From the NCBI RefSeq assembly GCF_006345805.1, contig NC_043013.1:57164001-57228000 (forward strand): a DNA stretch of 64,000 bases, given 5' to 3'. This DNA is from Octopus sinensis. Its lineage: Eukaryota. Below the pieces are notes generated by a model. It was not told the DNA's origin. It worked only from the letters and a program-made list of their open reading frames with translations, and made no database searches. Made by a program: the position numbers and the translations under genes. Below, one piece after another: positions 28,663 through 42,835 of this stretch (position 1 is the first letter of the stretch; each line of letters opens with the position of its first letter).

Positions 28663-28942
28663 GCCTTTGTACAGCTTCTAATGTTGTTCACTACCAGTGA
28701 ATAAGATAACACCTCTTATTTTTCGAGCACCCTCCGGAGTATTCGAGCGGTTCCAAACAGTGCCGATTTCTGCAAGTGCTCCAAAATTATTGAAGCCCAT
28801 ATTTTTCCATGTACTTCAAGGTTTTTACTCACTGTTCCCAGGGCTCTGACAATTATTGGTACTATTACCACCTTTTTCATCGACCACAACAGCTTAACCT
28901 CCCCAAGCTACCCTGTCATATCTACCGACTTTTCTTACTTCC
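28663..28942 (-). mobile_element. R4/Dong 3' fragment E (family 3)
   Basis: With small frameshifts the minus strand reads KVGRYDRVAW-VKLLWSMKKVVIVPIIVRALGTVSKNL..LEHLQKSALFGTARILRRVLEK*, an RLE C-terminus. Short UTR then (TAA)n at 28509-28662. Confidence 0.8.

Positions 28943-29026
<84 letters not shown>
28943..29026. repeat. (TTA)n microsatellite between copies E and A
   Basis: Direct reading. Confidence 0.95.
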
Positions 29027-29027
<1 letters not shown>

Positions 29028-31352
29028 TATGTTTGACTTTTGCTTTATATTTGTACAAGTTGGCTCCAAGTCTCACCCAAAGACCTCAAGAGACAACAGG
29101 GTTGGAAGTTCATTTGTTGTTATGCCTAGTGTGCCATATATTTGGGGGTGGGGATGTTGTACTAATGAATGTCTAAAAAAAAAAGTTTTTTTTTTTTTTT
29201 TTTTAAACCGAAAATTATGTTTGTTTTAAACCTTGAGATTACATAGAGAGTATTTTGCGTAGGATATGAGCAGTTCCCATGAGAACTATCTTTTGAACTT
29301 CTGCCATTTTGGGGTTTCCTGGTATCTGAGTTAGGTAGCTATCAGCCCCTTTTGCTATCATTCCCAGGGCACCTATGACAACAGGTATTGTTTTAGTCTT
29401 CAGCTTCCACATTTTGCTGATTTCTATTTCAAGATCTTTATATTTGCTCAGTTTTTGGTAGGTCTTGACAGATACGTTTATATCGATTGGGACAGTCATA
29501 TCAATGAGGAGGCATGTTCTTTGTTTGAAGTTTTTCAATATGATGTCTGGCCTATTTGCATCTATCTTCCTGTCAGTTTGAATGGCGAAGTTCCAGAGGA
29601 GTGAGATGTGGTCATATTCAAGCACTGGGGGTGGTTTGTGTTCCCACCAGTTTTTTTCATGGGGCAAATCCAGGTTTTTACAGATTACCCAGTGAATATA
29701 TTGTGCAGCTCTATCGTGCCTGTTGAGATACTCTGTAGGCGCTAGAAGACTGCACTTGGAGACCACATGGTCAATGGTTTCATTTTGTTGCTTGCATACA
29801 CGACACGTTGGACTGCTTCTGATCTTTAATATGTTGGCCTGGTAGTTTCTTGTTGGTAGGCATTGATCTTGAGCTGCTATGATAAACCCCTCTGTTTCAG
29901 ATTTTAAGCCAGAGGCCATTAGCCATTGATGGGTCAGGGCTTTGTCGATATCTGCATTATTCGCTCTCTTTGGGTATTTGCCATAGAGAGGTTTTTCTTG
30001 CCATTTATTATTCAGAATATCTAAGGCCGCAGTTTTGGCACGGGTTTTCATGCGCCTAGCTTTTTCTGTGCTTGTTTCTTGTATATCTATCTCTAATTCC
30101 GAAATTGGTTGTATTCGGAATTCACTTAGATATTCCTTTGCCTGTTTTGTGACTGAGTATGATGCTTTCTTGTTTTCATGTTTTGAGACAAGTTTTAACA
30201 TCCAGTCCTCAGAGTTTTTCAGGTAGGTGTCTAGGCCAATTGTAGCAATCTTCATTGTTATTGCCAGTTGCAAAAGACCACGGCCTCCCTCTTTTCTTGG
30301 CAGATAGAGTCGTTCTGTATCTGCCTTAGGGTGGTGCATTCTATGCATTGTCAACAGTTTCCTTATTTTTCTGTCGAGCTGACATATTTCAGTAATTGAC
30401 CAGTTAACAATATTGAAACTGTAAGTCACGACTGGTATAGCTAATGCATTGATTGCTTCGATCCTGTTTCTTGCATTCAGCTCTGTCTTGAGTATTGCTC
30501 TCACTCTTCGATAGCATTCTTTCATGATCCTTTCCTTCATCTCTGAATGCCTTATTCCGTTCCCTTCAATTACCCCTAGGTACTTGTAGCTCTCCGCTGG
30601 GTCTAGTTCTTTTATGACATTCTGTTGGTCAAGGTTAACGTTAGATGTTTCTGTCATTTTTCCTTTGATAAAGGTAGCCTTTGCACATTTATCGAGGCCG
30701 AATTGCATTCTGATGTCGTCACTGAATTGTTTGACTATCGCTAGTAAGCCCTTGAGTTGTTGATCATTTTTTGCAAAAAGCTTTAAATCATCCATGTAAA
30801 CGAGATGATTTATATTTTTATCAAACATTTTATACCCGTACTGCGCGTCATTGAGCAGCTTTCAGAGAGGTATTAAGGATAAACAAAAGAGAAGTGGTGA
30901 CAGTGAGTCACCCTGGAAAATGCCACACGAAATTTTTACATCACCAGCATTTAGGGATTCACTGTCACTGTTCAGAGTTAGTGTGGTTCTCCATGATCTC
31001 ATACTTACAGTCAAGAAGTTTCGCAGAGTTGGTGCTATCTTATACATTTCAAGGCATTTCCTAATCCAGCTATGTGGTAGGCTATCAAAAGCCTTTTTAT
31101 AGTCTATCCAGGCTATTGATAAGTTTTTGTGTCGTTTGTGACAATCTTCTAAGATCATCTTATTGATGAGTAGTTGGACTTTACAGCCGTAGGATCCACG
31201 TTTACATCCTTTCTATTCATTAGGGAATATGCTGCTGTCTGTTAAAAAACTATAGGTATATTCCGTCAGGACAGATGTTAGTGTTTTGTACATAGTTGTT
31301 AAGCAGGTTATGGGTCTATAGTTTTTTGGTTCATTTGTTTCTTCACTTTTTG
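29027..31352 (-). mobile_element. R4/Dong copy A (family 1), 5'-truncated, two nonsense codons
   Basis: Reverse complement of 40508-42837, about 99% identical by eye. CAG>TAG in PNEQK and TCA>TGA at 30862-30864. Tail (TTA)n at 28943-29026. Confidence 0.93.
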
Positions 31353-31547
31353 TCTACCCCCAGGTTCCATGGACAGGGTTTTCTGACGCTCCTTCCGTTC
31401 TTTTATGCAAATACTCCAGATAAAATTTCATTTTGGTAGTCACTGAATGGGATTATGTCGGCAAGAGAGAGGAAAGACTACATCATCGTATTAAAAAGCT
31501 GAAATACATTAATAACAACAACAACGACTACAACAACAGCAACGACT

Positions 31548-31670
31548 GGAGGTGCAATGGTCCAATGGTCAGGGCAGTGGACTCGTCGTCGTAAGAACGC
31601 GGTTTCGATTCCCAGACCGGGCATTGTGAGTGTTTATTGAGCAAAAACACCTAAGTTCCACGAGGTACCA
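31548..31670 (+). mobile_element. tRNA-derived SINE head (family C)
   Basis: A-box TGGTCCAATGG and B-box GGTTTCGATTCC, with no tRNA acceptor stem closure. Confidence 0.6.
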
Positions 31671-32100
31671 CCACAACTTTCTCTCACTTTTTCTTCCTGC
31701 TTTTGCCACAAAACAGGGAAACCATGGTGTAACCCACTATAATGTGATAAACTTTCAGACCGTATTCAAGATTGCGAATCCTCTGTACCCCAGGATGGTT
31801 CAGTTCTCCACCCGTTAAAAGCCACCGTTTACGGAATGAGGATAGCAACGTAGCTTTCGCGCCCGTGCAACCGCCAGTCTATCGCGTGTGGTGTTTCGAT
31901 CTCCAAGTTGCACACGCGTTCTTACTTGCTTAGAGTAGGCTTGAATTAGAGATTATTCTTTGTGGCTAATTAGTCCTGACTGGAAGAAGAAGAACAACAG
32001 CAACGACTTCGACATCAAAAATTGCAACAACAACAACAATAATGAAGAAGAAAAAATGTCTTGTAATTGATGCTACAATCCCAAAATATTACAACATATG

Positions 32101-32426
32101 TCTAAAAGAAACGGAGAATCTCAAATAACACAAAGATCTGGAAACAGAAATAGGCCGCATGTGGAGCCTGAAAACAAACAATCCCTATAATAATAGATAC
32201 AGTTGGTATGATTAAGAAATGCTGAAACAATACATAGCCAAAACACCAGGATTTACGAATGTATATAACGTACACAAAATAGGACAACTTGGCACTTTAC
32301 CAATCCTAAGTGAAGCACTTTCCATACAGTGAAAATACGAACCCCATAATGAACCTCAGCACATACCCGAGAGGCACACAGTTGGACTCATTTGTGCAGT
32401 GAAGGCACGTAATAAAAATGAAGTGA

Positions 32427-32430
<4 letters not shown>
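32101..32430 (+). mobile_element. R4/Dong 3' fragment F (family 4)
   Basis: With frameshifts reads KDLETEIGRMWSLKT..TIPIII..GMIKK..KTPGFTNVYNVHKIGQLGTLPILSEALSIQ*. Own 3' UTR then ~180 bp of (TAA)n. Confidence 0.8.
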
Positions 32431-32521
<91 letters not shown>

Positions 32522-32547
32522 TAATAATGATAATAATGATAATAATG

Positions 32548-32611
<64 letters not shown>
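32431..32611. repeat. (TAA)n microsatellite after fragment F
   Basis: Direct reading. Includes a few TGA variants. Confidence 0.95.
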
Positions 32612-32613
<2 letters not shown>

Positions 32614-33151
32614 TGATGATGCTAAGATTCTCTCTGGTCGAACACAACTTCTCTAGTCACAAACAATACAGAACAGCCCTTCCTTAATTTTTCTTAAGCC
32701 TAATAGTAGTAAACATCTGAACTTTTTTTGACCGACAGGACCCCACCTAAAAATAAAAATAAAAAAAAATATCACTGATGGTGATGGTGATGATGGTGAT
32801 GATGATAATAATGATAGTAATAGTGCTGATAATATATCTATCTATCTACACACACACTCAAAGGGTTCAACCAACACAAAGAAAGTATTATTTGACAGGC
32901 AAGAACTCTGGTGTTGAAGACAGTCAGCCAGCCAACCACCAAGCCAGCCAACGAGACAGACAGACACTACTGTGATGGTGATAATGAAAAAAAACAAAAA
33001 TAACAATAATAAGATACTGCTGTGACTTCACATAAAACAATATCATTGATGATGATGGTGGTGATGGTGATGGTGATGATGATAATGATGATGGTAATGG
33101 TGGTGATAATGATGATAGTGATGGTAATGGTGATGATAATAACAATAATAA

Positions 33152-36100
33152 GCCGACTACGGCTGCTATAATGGTACGATTATAATTGTAACGGCAATGA
33201 TGGCCGTCTCCCCACGAGCCAATCAAAGCTAAAAAGTGATAACATTATCGTAGCACCAAAATGTTTTTGGAAACTAAAAGGAAAACTAAATCAGTATACC
33301 AAATCGCTTGTCCTATGGTTAATCTGGAAGCGCGTCCCCCAGGGAAGAGCCAGCCTGGGATCGAAAAGTCATCAACTGGCACAAACTCTTCTCCGAATAC
33401 GGACATGGATGGTCACTTGAACGGGAAATCCCCCAACTCGAGCCCTCCAAGTTCACCACCACAACCACCACAGAAAGCGGAACAAATGGACCCGAGAAGA
33501 GTATAAAGAAGTAATATACGCTTATTACTATGCATTAGGTAGGCCATCTCAAGAGAGACACACCGCAAACTCTTACAGTATATGGAGAACACGGAATCAA
33601 GACAATAGGCCCTATTTGGACGAGAACAAATTAGCAAGTGTGAGGAAGGATATCCTTAGAAATAACAGACTCACAGACAGTGAAATAAGCGCGATCAAGC
33701 ACGCAACGGAAAATGACATAAATATGAGACACAAAGGAAATGAAGAATCAGATGAACAGTATAGCCCGCCACGAGGCTTAATTGAAAGACTGCCATCTGA
33801 CCAAAGTACGCAAAGGCCTGAAGATACAAGAAATTCTATTGTACCTGTTAAAAATAGCCAGGAAAACGAAAAGACAACAGTAACTGAAGATCTCGCATTT
33901 GCTGAAGAACACAGAGAGTCTATGGCAGAAATGAGGCAGAAAATCCTGAATACGCTTGAAGTTGTAAGACATACAAGTATGAATGATAGAGAACCACTTC
34001 ATAAACTCTCAAATACAAACCAAATTAAAAAACAAATCCAAATTGGCAACTATGTAAAAAATGAAATAATACGAGAATTAAAACCTGATTTTACTGAGTT
34101 AAATGAAATTATTTACGCTTCTGCTAGGGCAATTGAAACCAGCTGTATGCCCCCGAAAAACAAAGAAAACAAAACCTGGGAAGAAATCAAACCTGGAGAA
34201 GTAAAATTGAAAAAGAGATTGAATTTATGAAAGGGGAAATATCAATATTAAATGAACTAATATGTGGAAATGATGTAAGATCCAGAACAGGAAGAAAGAT
34301 GAACAGAAAATTTGGATCCTCACCAAGAGAAGAACTGATATCAATAAAAGAAACGCTGAAACAAAAAGTCCAAGCAAAAGCCCAAAGAATACGAAGATTT
34401 GAGAAGAGAAACAAGTTTTACAAGCAAAATAACTTGTTCACATCCAATGCCAAAAAATTCTACAGAGAAATAGGGAAGGAGAAAGTAACCGTTAAAGACC
34501 TCCCTCCCATGGAAGAAGTTCAAAACTTTTGGAAAAGGATTTGGAGTGACAAGAAGACGTACAACATAAATGCAGACTGGATTATACAAACTGAAGGATC
34601 CTACCAAAATTTACAACAACAAGCATGGGAAGACATCACAATAGCAGACCTAAGAAAGGCACTCACGAAGGCCCATAATTGGAAATCCCCCGGTAAAGAT
34701 AGGGTGCCGAATTTCTGGCTCGCATCGCTCCCATGCGCACACGGTAAGCTAGTTCAGCTGCTCAATGGAATTATGGGAGACCCAAAGAAAACACCTGAAT
34801 GGTTAGCAAGTGGCATTACTTACCTACTCCCAAAGAATAACGAAACCAACCTTCCAAAAAACTATCGGCCTATAACCTGTCTATCCACCACGTATAAAAT
34901 CCTAACATCTATCCTGGCAGAGAAAACATATGCATTCATGGAGAAGAACGATATTTTCCCCATTGAACAAAAAGGGTGCCGCCGAGGCTCTTACGGATGC
35001 AAAGATCAACTGCTAATCAATCGTATGATCCTTGAGAACTGTCACAACAAGCGCAGAAAACTCAGCACCGCATGGATTGACTATAAAAAGGCCTTCGACA
35101 GTATACCGCATCCATGGATCTTGAGATAGCTGGACATCTTAAAAATTTCCCCTGTGATTTCAAACTTCCTGAAGCACAATATGTCGTTGTGGAATACGAA
35201 TCTCCAATTATACCACTCTAATGGAGTACTTGCCTCAGAAAATATAAACATCAACTGTGGAATTTTTCAATGTGACTCACTTTCACCTTTAATATTCTGC
35301 ATAGCCCTAATACCCCTTACAAGTGAATTAAACAGAACAGGGTATGGGTATAAAATTGCCAATAAAAAAATAAGCCATCTATTTTATATGGATGACTTAA
35401 AACTTTATGGTAAAGACAATAATGAACTTGAAGGCCTATTGCGCACCGTGAAAGCATTCAGCGATGACATCGGGATGGAGTTTGGACTTGAGAAGTGTGC
35501 CAAGGCCACTTTCCAGAAAGGGAAAGTGAAGACCACAAATTCAGTCGTGTTAGATGTTGACACAGTCATAAGAGAGCTTGAGCAAGAACAAACATACAAA
35601 TATTTAGGGATAAATGAAGGCTCTGGTATTCAGCATGCAAGCATGAAAGGCAAAATCAGGAAGGAATGTTATAGGAGAGTTCGTGCAGTCCTGAAATCTG
35701 AACTAAATGCACGTAACAAGGTGTTAGCTATAAATTCCTTAGCAGTTCCAGTTGTTACTTATAGCTACAATGTGTTGAACTGGAATATGAGTGAAGTAAA
35801 GAATATAGACAGGAAAATACGCAAGCTGCTGAGTTGTAATAGGATGCACCACCCAAAGGCAGACGTAGATCGCCTTTACCTTCCCAGAGCCCAAGGAGGT
35901 CGAGGTCTGATCCAATTTGAACTAGCTTACAAAACAACCACAATTGGACTGGCCAAATATCTCGAAATATCGAATGACTGGATGCTAAAGCTCGTGGAAA
36001 ATCACGAGAGACGAAAGAAGCTTCATTCTATCATAAAGGAAAGCAAAAAATTTGCTATTGATCTCGTGCAGGATACCCAAACTGAACAACCCGAGGGAAG

Positions 36101-37108
36101 TACGGCAACTATTGTTGCAAAGAAGGTGAAAATGATGGCAATGAAAAAAGCGCACGAGCAATTGGCTGATAGGTGGGAGGAGAAACCTCTGCACGGCAAA
36201 TATGTGACCCGCAGCAAACAAGTTGATGTTGACCAGAAGCAAACCCATCAGTGGCTATGGAGCTCAGGGCTAAAAGCAGAGAGCGAAGGTTTCATCCTGG
36301 CTGCTCAAGATCAAAGCCTATTAACTCGGAACTACCAGGCCAATGTGATGAAAAATGGAGCAGACCCAAAATGCCGATTCTGCAACGACATGATTGAAAC
36401 AGTGGACCACCTAATCTCTGGATGTAAAGTCTTAGCACCAGTGGAGTATAAATTAAGACATGACAGAGTTGGCCAATATCTCCACTGGCTAATAAGTCGA
36501 CATTACAATATCAAAACTGCCGACAAGTGGTATAATCACCACCCTGAGGCTGTAACTGAAGGAGAAAATGTAACCATTCTGTGGGACTTTCCAGTACATA
36601 CAGACCGAACCATCAAGGCCAATAAACCAGATATTGTTGTGAAAGACCAAAACAATAAAGTTTGCGTATTGATCGACATGAGCATCCCCTGTGATCATAA
36701 TATCTCAGCGAAAGAGTTTGACAAGCTCAGAAGATATAAAGACCTACTCATTGAAATCGAGAAAATGTGGCATCTCAAGGCGGTTACAATACCAGTGATC
36801 GTAGGAGCACTAGGAATGATCAAGAAGGGAACCGAAAATTATATGAGAATGATCCCTGGCTTACCATCCCTGCAAGAAGTGCAAAAGATTGTCTTAACTG
36901 GTACATCACACGTATTGAGAAGAGCATTGTCGATGTGAGAACTGTTGCTGCTCATGTATTTTAATTTAACTTTAAAAAAAAAAAATGAACGAACTACTGA
37001 GTTTGGTTTAATGGCCTACCAATGTATACTATGAGTTTCTTTGCCCTAGGAGTCGGGAAGACACTCGGCAAGAAATGATAGCAAATTTGAAAGAAGAAGA
37101 AAAAAAAG
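33152..37108 (+). mobile_element. R4/Dong copy B (family 2), probably near full length, pseudogenised
   Basis: Shifted frame at ~33472 reads RKRNKWTREEYKEVIYAYYYAL...IWRTRN...LDENKLASVRKDI, the Myb-like N-terminus typical of R4/Dong. Then RT (YMDD), CRFCNDMIETVDHLISGC and KPDIVV..LIDMSIP. Two frameshifts (~33420-33470, ~34190) and a stop at 35127. Followed by (TAA)6. The 5' boundary is approximate. Confidence 0.9.
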
Positions 37109-37126
37109 TAATAATAATAATAATAA

Positions 37127-39780
37127 GGTAGTTCACAAGACTACCAAACCTACAAAAATACAAAAATTTATGAAAAAATATAATATGAAAACTATACTTG
37201 ATATTGATGCCACCATAGAACCATCAAGCAAAAGGTATCTGCTAAAGCTGCCCGCAAAGCGAGGTAAGAAAAGCGTGTTAGATTCTTCAAGGACAACAAC
37301 ATGCTCAAAATTAACCCCAAAAACTTTTACAGGAAGATAGGAAAAACACCAGTTACTGTAAAGTCTGTACCATCAAAAGAAGAAGTGCAGGGAATTTGGA
37401 ATAAAATCTGGGCAGAAGAAAAAACACATAACGAAAAGGCCCCTGGATTGACAGAACTAGACTCCTTAGAAGAGAAAAAGTGGGAGGGTATCAAGGTAGA
37501 AGATATAAGATCTGCTCTCAGGAGGTCAAGCAAATGGAAGTCTCCCGGAAAGGATAAAATTCCTAACTTCTGGTTGAATGCCTTCCCAGAGAGCCATGAA
37601 CTGCTAACAGAACTTTACAATGATGTTTTGCAACACCCTAGTAGGATGCCTCCTTGTCTAGTTAATGGGTTAACATTCCTGCTTACAAAAAGTGAAGAAA
37701 CAAATGAACCCAAAAACTATAGACCCATAACCTGCTTAACAACTATGTATAAAACGCTAACATCTGTCCTGACGGAATATACCTAAAGTTTTTTAATAGA
37801 CAGCAGCATATTCCCTAATGAACAGAAAGAATGTAAACGTGGATCCTATGGTTGTAAAGATCAACTACTCATCAATAAGATGATCTTAGAAGATTGTCAC
37901 AAACGACACAAAAACTTGTCAATAGCCTGGATAGACTACAAAAAGGCTTTTGATAGCCTGCCACATAGCTGGATTAAGAAATGCCTGGAAATGTATAAAA
38001 TAGCACCTACTCTGCGAATCTTTTTGTCTGTAAGTATGAGATCATGGAGAACCACACTAACTTTGAACAGTGACAATGAATCTCTAAATGCTGGTGACGT
38101 AAAAATTTCATGTGGCATTTTCCAGGGTGACTCACTGTCACCACTCCTCTTTTGTTTAGCCTTAATACCTCTCTCAAAACTGCTCAATGACGCGCAGTAC
38201 GGATATAAAATGTTTGATAAAAATATAAATCATCTCATTTACATGGATGATTTAAAGCTCTTTGCAAAAAATGATCAACAACTCAAGGGCTTACTAGCGA
38301 TTATCAAACAATTTAGTGATGACATCAGAATGCAATTTGGCCTCGATAAATGTGCAAAAGCTGCCTTTATCAAAGGAAAAATGACAGAAACATCCAACGT
38401 TAACCTTGACCAGCAGAATGTCATAAAAGAACTAGACCCAGCGGAGAGCTACAAGTACCTAGGGGTAATTGAAGGGAACGGAATAAGGCATTCAGAGATG
38501 AAGGAAAGGATCAGGAGAGAATGTTATCGAAGAGTGAGAGCAATACTCAAGACAGAGCTGAATGCAAGAAACAGGATTGAAGCGATCAATGCATTAGCTA
38601 TACCAGTCGTGACTTACAGTTTCAATATCGTTAACTGGTCGATTACTGAAATACGTAATCTTGACAGAAAAATACGAAAACTGTTGACAATGCATAGAAT
38701 GCACCACCCTAAGGCAGATATAGAACAACTTTATCTGCCAACAAAAGAAGGAGGCCGTGGACTCTTACAATTGGCAATAACAATGAAGATTGCTACAATT
38801 GGCCTAGACACCTACCCTGAAAAACTCTGAGGACTGGATATTAAAACTTGTCTCAAAACATGAAAACAAGAAAGCATCATACTCAGTAACAAAACAGGCA
38901 AAGGAATATCTAATTGAATTCCGAATACAACAAATTTCGGAATTAGACATATAAGAAACAAGCACAGGAAAAACTAAATGCATGAAAACCCGTGCTAAGA
39001 CTGCTGCCTTAGATATTCTGAATGATAAATGGCAAGAAAAACCTCTCTATGGCAAATACCTAAAGAGAGCGAATAATGCAGATGTAGACAAAGCCCTGAC
39101 CCATCAATGGCTAATGGCATCTAGCTTAAAATCTGAAACAGAGGGATTTATCATAGCAGCTCAAGATTTGCCACATGAAAAAACTGGTGGGAACACAAAC
39201 CACCTCCAGTGCTTGAATATGACCACATCTCATTCCTCTGGAACTTCACCATTCAAACTGACAGAAAGATAGATGCAAATAGGCCAGACATCATATTGAA
39301 AGACTTCAGACAAAGAACATGCCTCCTCATTGATATGACTGTCCCAAGCGATATAAACGTATCTGTCAAGACCTACCAAAAACTGAGCAAATATAAAGAT
39401 CTTGAAATAGAAATCAGCAAAATGTGGAAGCTGAAGACTAAAACAATACCTGTTGTCATAGGTGCCCTGGGAATGATAGCGAAAGGGGCTGATTGCTACC
39501 CAACTCAGATACCAGGAAACCCCAAAATGGCAAAAATTCAAAAGATAGTGCTCATGGGAACTGCTCATATCCTACGCAAAATACTTTCTATGTAATCTCA
39601 AGGTTTAAAACAAACATATTTTTTTTAGACATTCATTAGCACAACACCAAAAAAAAAACCCCAAATATATGGCACACTAGGCATAACAACAACGTGAACT
39701 TCCAACCTGTTGTCTCTTGAGGTCTCTTGGTGAGACTTGGAGCCAACTTGTACAAATATAAAGCAAAAGTCAAACATAGA
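37127..39780 (+). mobile_element. R4/Dong copy C (family 1), older and decayed
   Basis: ORF pieces 37301-37786, 37880-38830, 38982-39272 and 39209-39595 are collinear with copy D. Stops, frameshifts and a 198-bp deletion of the zinc knuckle. Same 3' UTR ending CAAACATAGA then (TAA)n. Confidence 0.92.
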
Positions 39781-40056
<276 letters not shown>

Positions 40057-42835
40057 GGTATGAAAAGGGAGAGGTATGAAAAGCGTGTTAGATTTTTCAA
40101 GGACAACAACATGTTCAAAAATAACACCAAGAATTTTTACAGGAAGATAGGAAAAACAGCGTTTACTGCAGGGTCTGTACCATCAAAAGAAGAAGTGCAG
40201 AGATTTGGGAATAAAATCTGGGCAGAAGAAAAAACACACAACGAAAAGGCCCCCTGGATTGACAGAATATCTACTGAACTGGACCCCTTAGAAGAGCAAA
40301 AGTGGGAGGGTGTCAAGGTAGAAGATATAAGATCTGCTCTCAGGAGGTCAAGCAAATGGAAGTCTCCAGGAAAGGATAAAATTCCTAACTTCTGGCTGAA
40401 TGCCTTCCCAGAGAGCCATGAACTGCTAAGAGAACTGTACAATGATGTTTTGCAACACCCTAGTAGGATGCCTCCTTGGCTAGTTAATGGGTTAACATTC
40501 CTGCTTCCAAAAAGTGAAGAAACAAATGAACCAAAAAACTATAGACCCATAACCTGCTTAACAACTATGTACAAAACACTAACATCTGTCCTGACGGAAT
40601 ATACCTATAGTTTTTTAACAGACAGCAGCATATTCCCTAATGAACAGAAAGGATGTAAACGTGGATCCTACGGCTGTAAAGACCAACTACTCATCAATAA
40701 GATGATCTTAGAAGATTGTCACAAACGACACAAAAACTTATCAATAGCCTGGATAGACTATAAAAAGGCTTTTGATAGCCTACCACATAGCTGGATTAGG
40801 AAATGCCTTGAAATGTATAAGATAGCACCAACTCTGCGAAACTTCTTGACTGTAAGTATGAGATCATGGAGAACCACACTAACTCTGAACAGTGACAGTG
40901 AATCCCTAAATGCTGGTGATGTAAAAATTTCGTGTGGCATTTTCCAGGGTGGCTCACTGTCACCACTCCTCTTTTGTTTATCCTTAATACCTCTCTCAAA
41001 GCTGCTCAATGATGCGCAGTACGGGTATAAAATGTTTGATAAAAATATAAATCATCTCGTTTACATGGATGATTTAAAGCTCTTTGCAAAAAATGACCAA
41101 CAACTCAAGGGCTTACTAGCGATAGTCAAACAATTCAGTGACGACATCAGAATGCAATTCGGCCTCGATAAATGTGCAATGGCTACCTTTATCAAAGGAA
41201 AAATGACAGAAACATCTAACGTTAACCTTGACCAACAGAATGTCATAAAAGCACTAGACCCAGCGGAGAGCTACAAGTACCTAGGGATAATTGAAGGGAA
41301 CGGAATAAGGCATTCAGAGATGAAGGAAAGGATCAGGAGAGAATGCTATCGAAGAGTGAGAGCAATACTCAAGACAGAGCTGAATGCAAGAAACATGATC
41401 GAAGCAATCAATGCATTAGCTATACCAGTCGTGACTTACAGTTTCAATATTGTTAACTGGTCAATTACTGAAATATGTCAGCTCGACAGAAAAATAAGGA
41501 AACTGTTGACAATGCATAGAATGCACCACCCTAAGGCAGATACAGAACGACTCTATCTGCCGCCAAGAAAAGAGGGAGGCCGTGGTCTTTTGCAACTGGC
41601 AATAACAATGAAGATTGCTACAATTGGCCTAGACATCTACCTGAAAAACTCTGAGGACTGGATGCTAAAACTTGTCTCAAAACATGAAAACAAGAAAGCA
41701 TCATACTCAGTCACAAAACAGGCAAAGGAATATCTAAGTGAATTCCGAATACAACCAATTTCGGAATTAGAGATAGATATACAAGAAACAAGCACAGAAA
41801 AAGCTAGGCGCATGAAAACCCGTGCCAAAACTGCGGCCTTAGATATTCTGAATAATAAATGGCAAGAAAAACCTCTCTATGGCAAATACCCAAAGAGAGC
41901 GAATAATGCAGATATCGACAAAGCCCTGACCCATCAATGGCTAATGGCCTCTGGCTTAAAATCTGAAACAGAGGGGTTTATCATAGCAGCTCAAGATCAA
42001 TGCCTACCAACAAGAAACTACCAGGCCAACATATTAAAGATCAGAAGCAGTCCAACGTGTCGTGTATGCAAGCAACAAAATGAAACCATTGACCATGTGG
42101 TCTCCAAGTGCAGTCTTCTAGCGCCTACAGAATATCTCAACAGGCACGATAGAGCTGCACAATATATTCACTGGGTAATCTGTAAAAACCTGGATTTGCC
42201 CCATGAAAAAAACTGGTGGGAACACAAACCACCCCCAGTGCTTGAAAATGACCACATCTCACTCCTCTGGAACTTCACCATTCAAACTGACAGGAAGATA
42301 GATGCAAATAGGCCAGACATCATATTGAAAAACTTCAAACAAAGAACATGCCTCCTCATTGATATGACTGTCCAAATCGATATAAACGTATCTGTCAAGA
42401 CCTACCAAAAACTGAGCAAATATAAAGATCTTGAAATAGAAATCAGCAAAATGTGGAAGCTGAAGACTAAAACAATACCTGTTGTCATAGGTGCCCTGGG
42501 AATGATAGCAAAAGGGGCTGATAGCTACCTAACTCAGATACCAGGAAACCCCAAAATGGCAGAAGTTCAAAAGATAGTTCTCATGGGAACTGCTCATATC
42601 CTACGCAAAATACTCTCTATGTAATCTCAAGGTTTAAAACAAACATAATTTTCGGTTAAAAAAAAAAAAAAAAAAACTTTTTTTTTTAGACATTCATTAG
42701 TACAACATCCCCACCCCCAAATATATGGCACACTAGGCATAACAACAACATGAACTTCCAACCCTGTTGTCTCTTCAGGTCTCAGGGTGAGACTTGGAGC
42801 CAACTTGTACAAATATAAAGCAAAAGTCAAACATA

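Noticed and set aside
33195-33235. HDV-like ribozyme at the 5' end of copy B
   Set aside because: Only a simple hairpin (GATGGC-CGT...ACG-GCCAATC) can be drawn, with no P2, P1.1 or P4.
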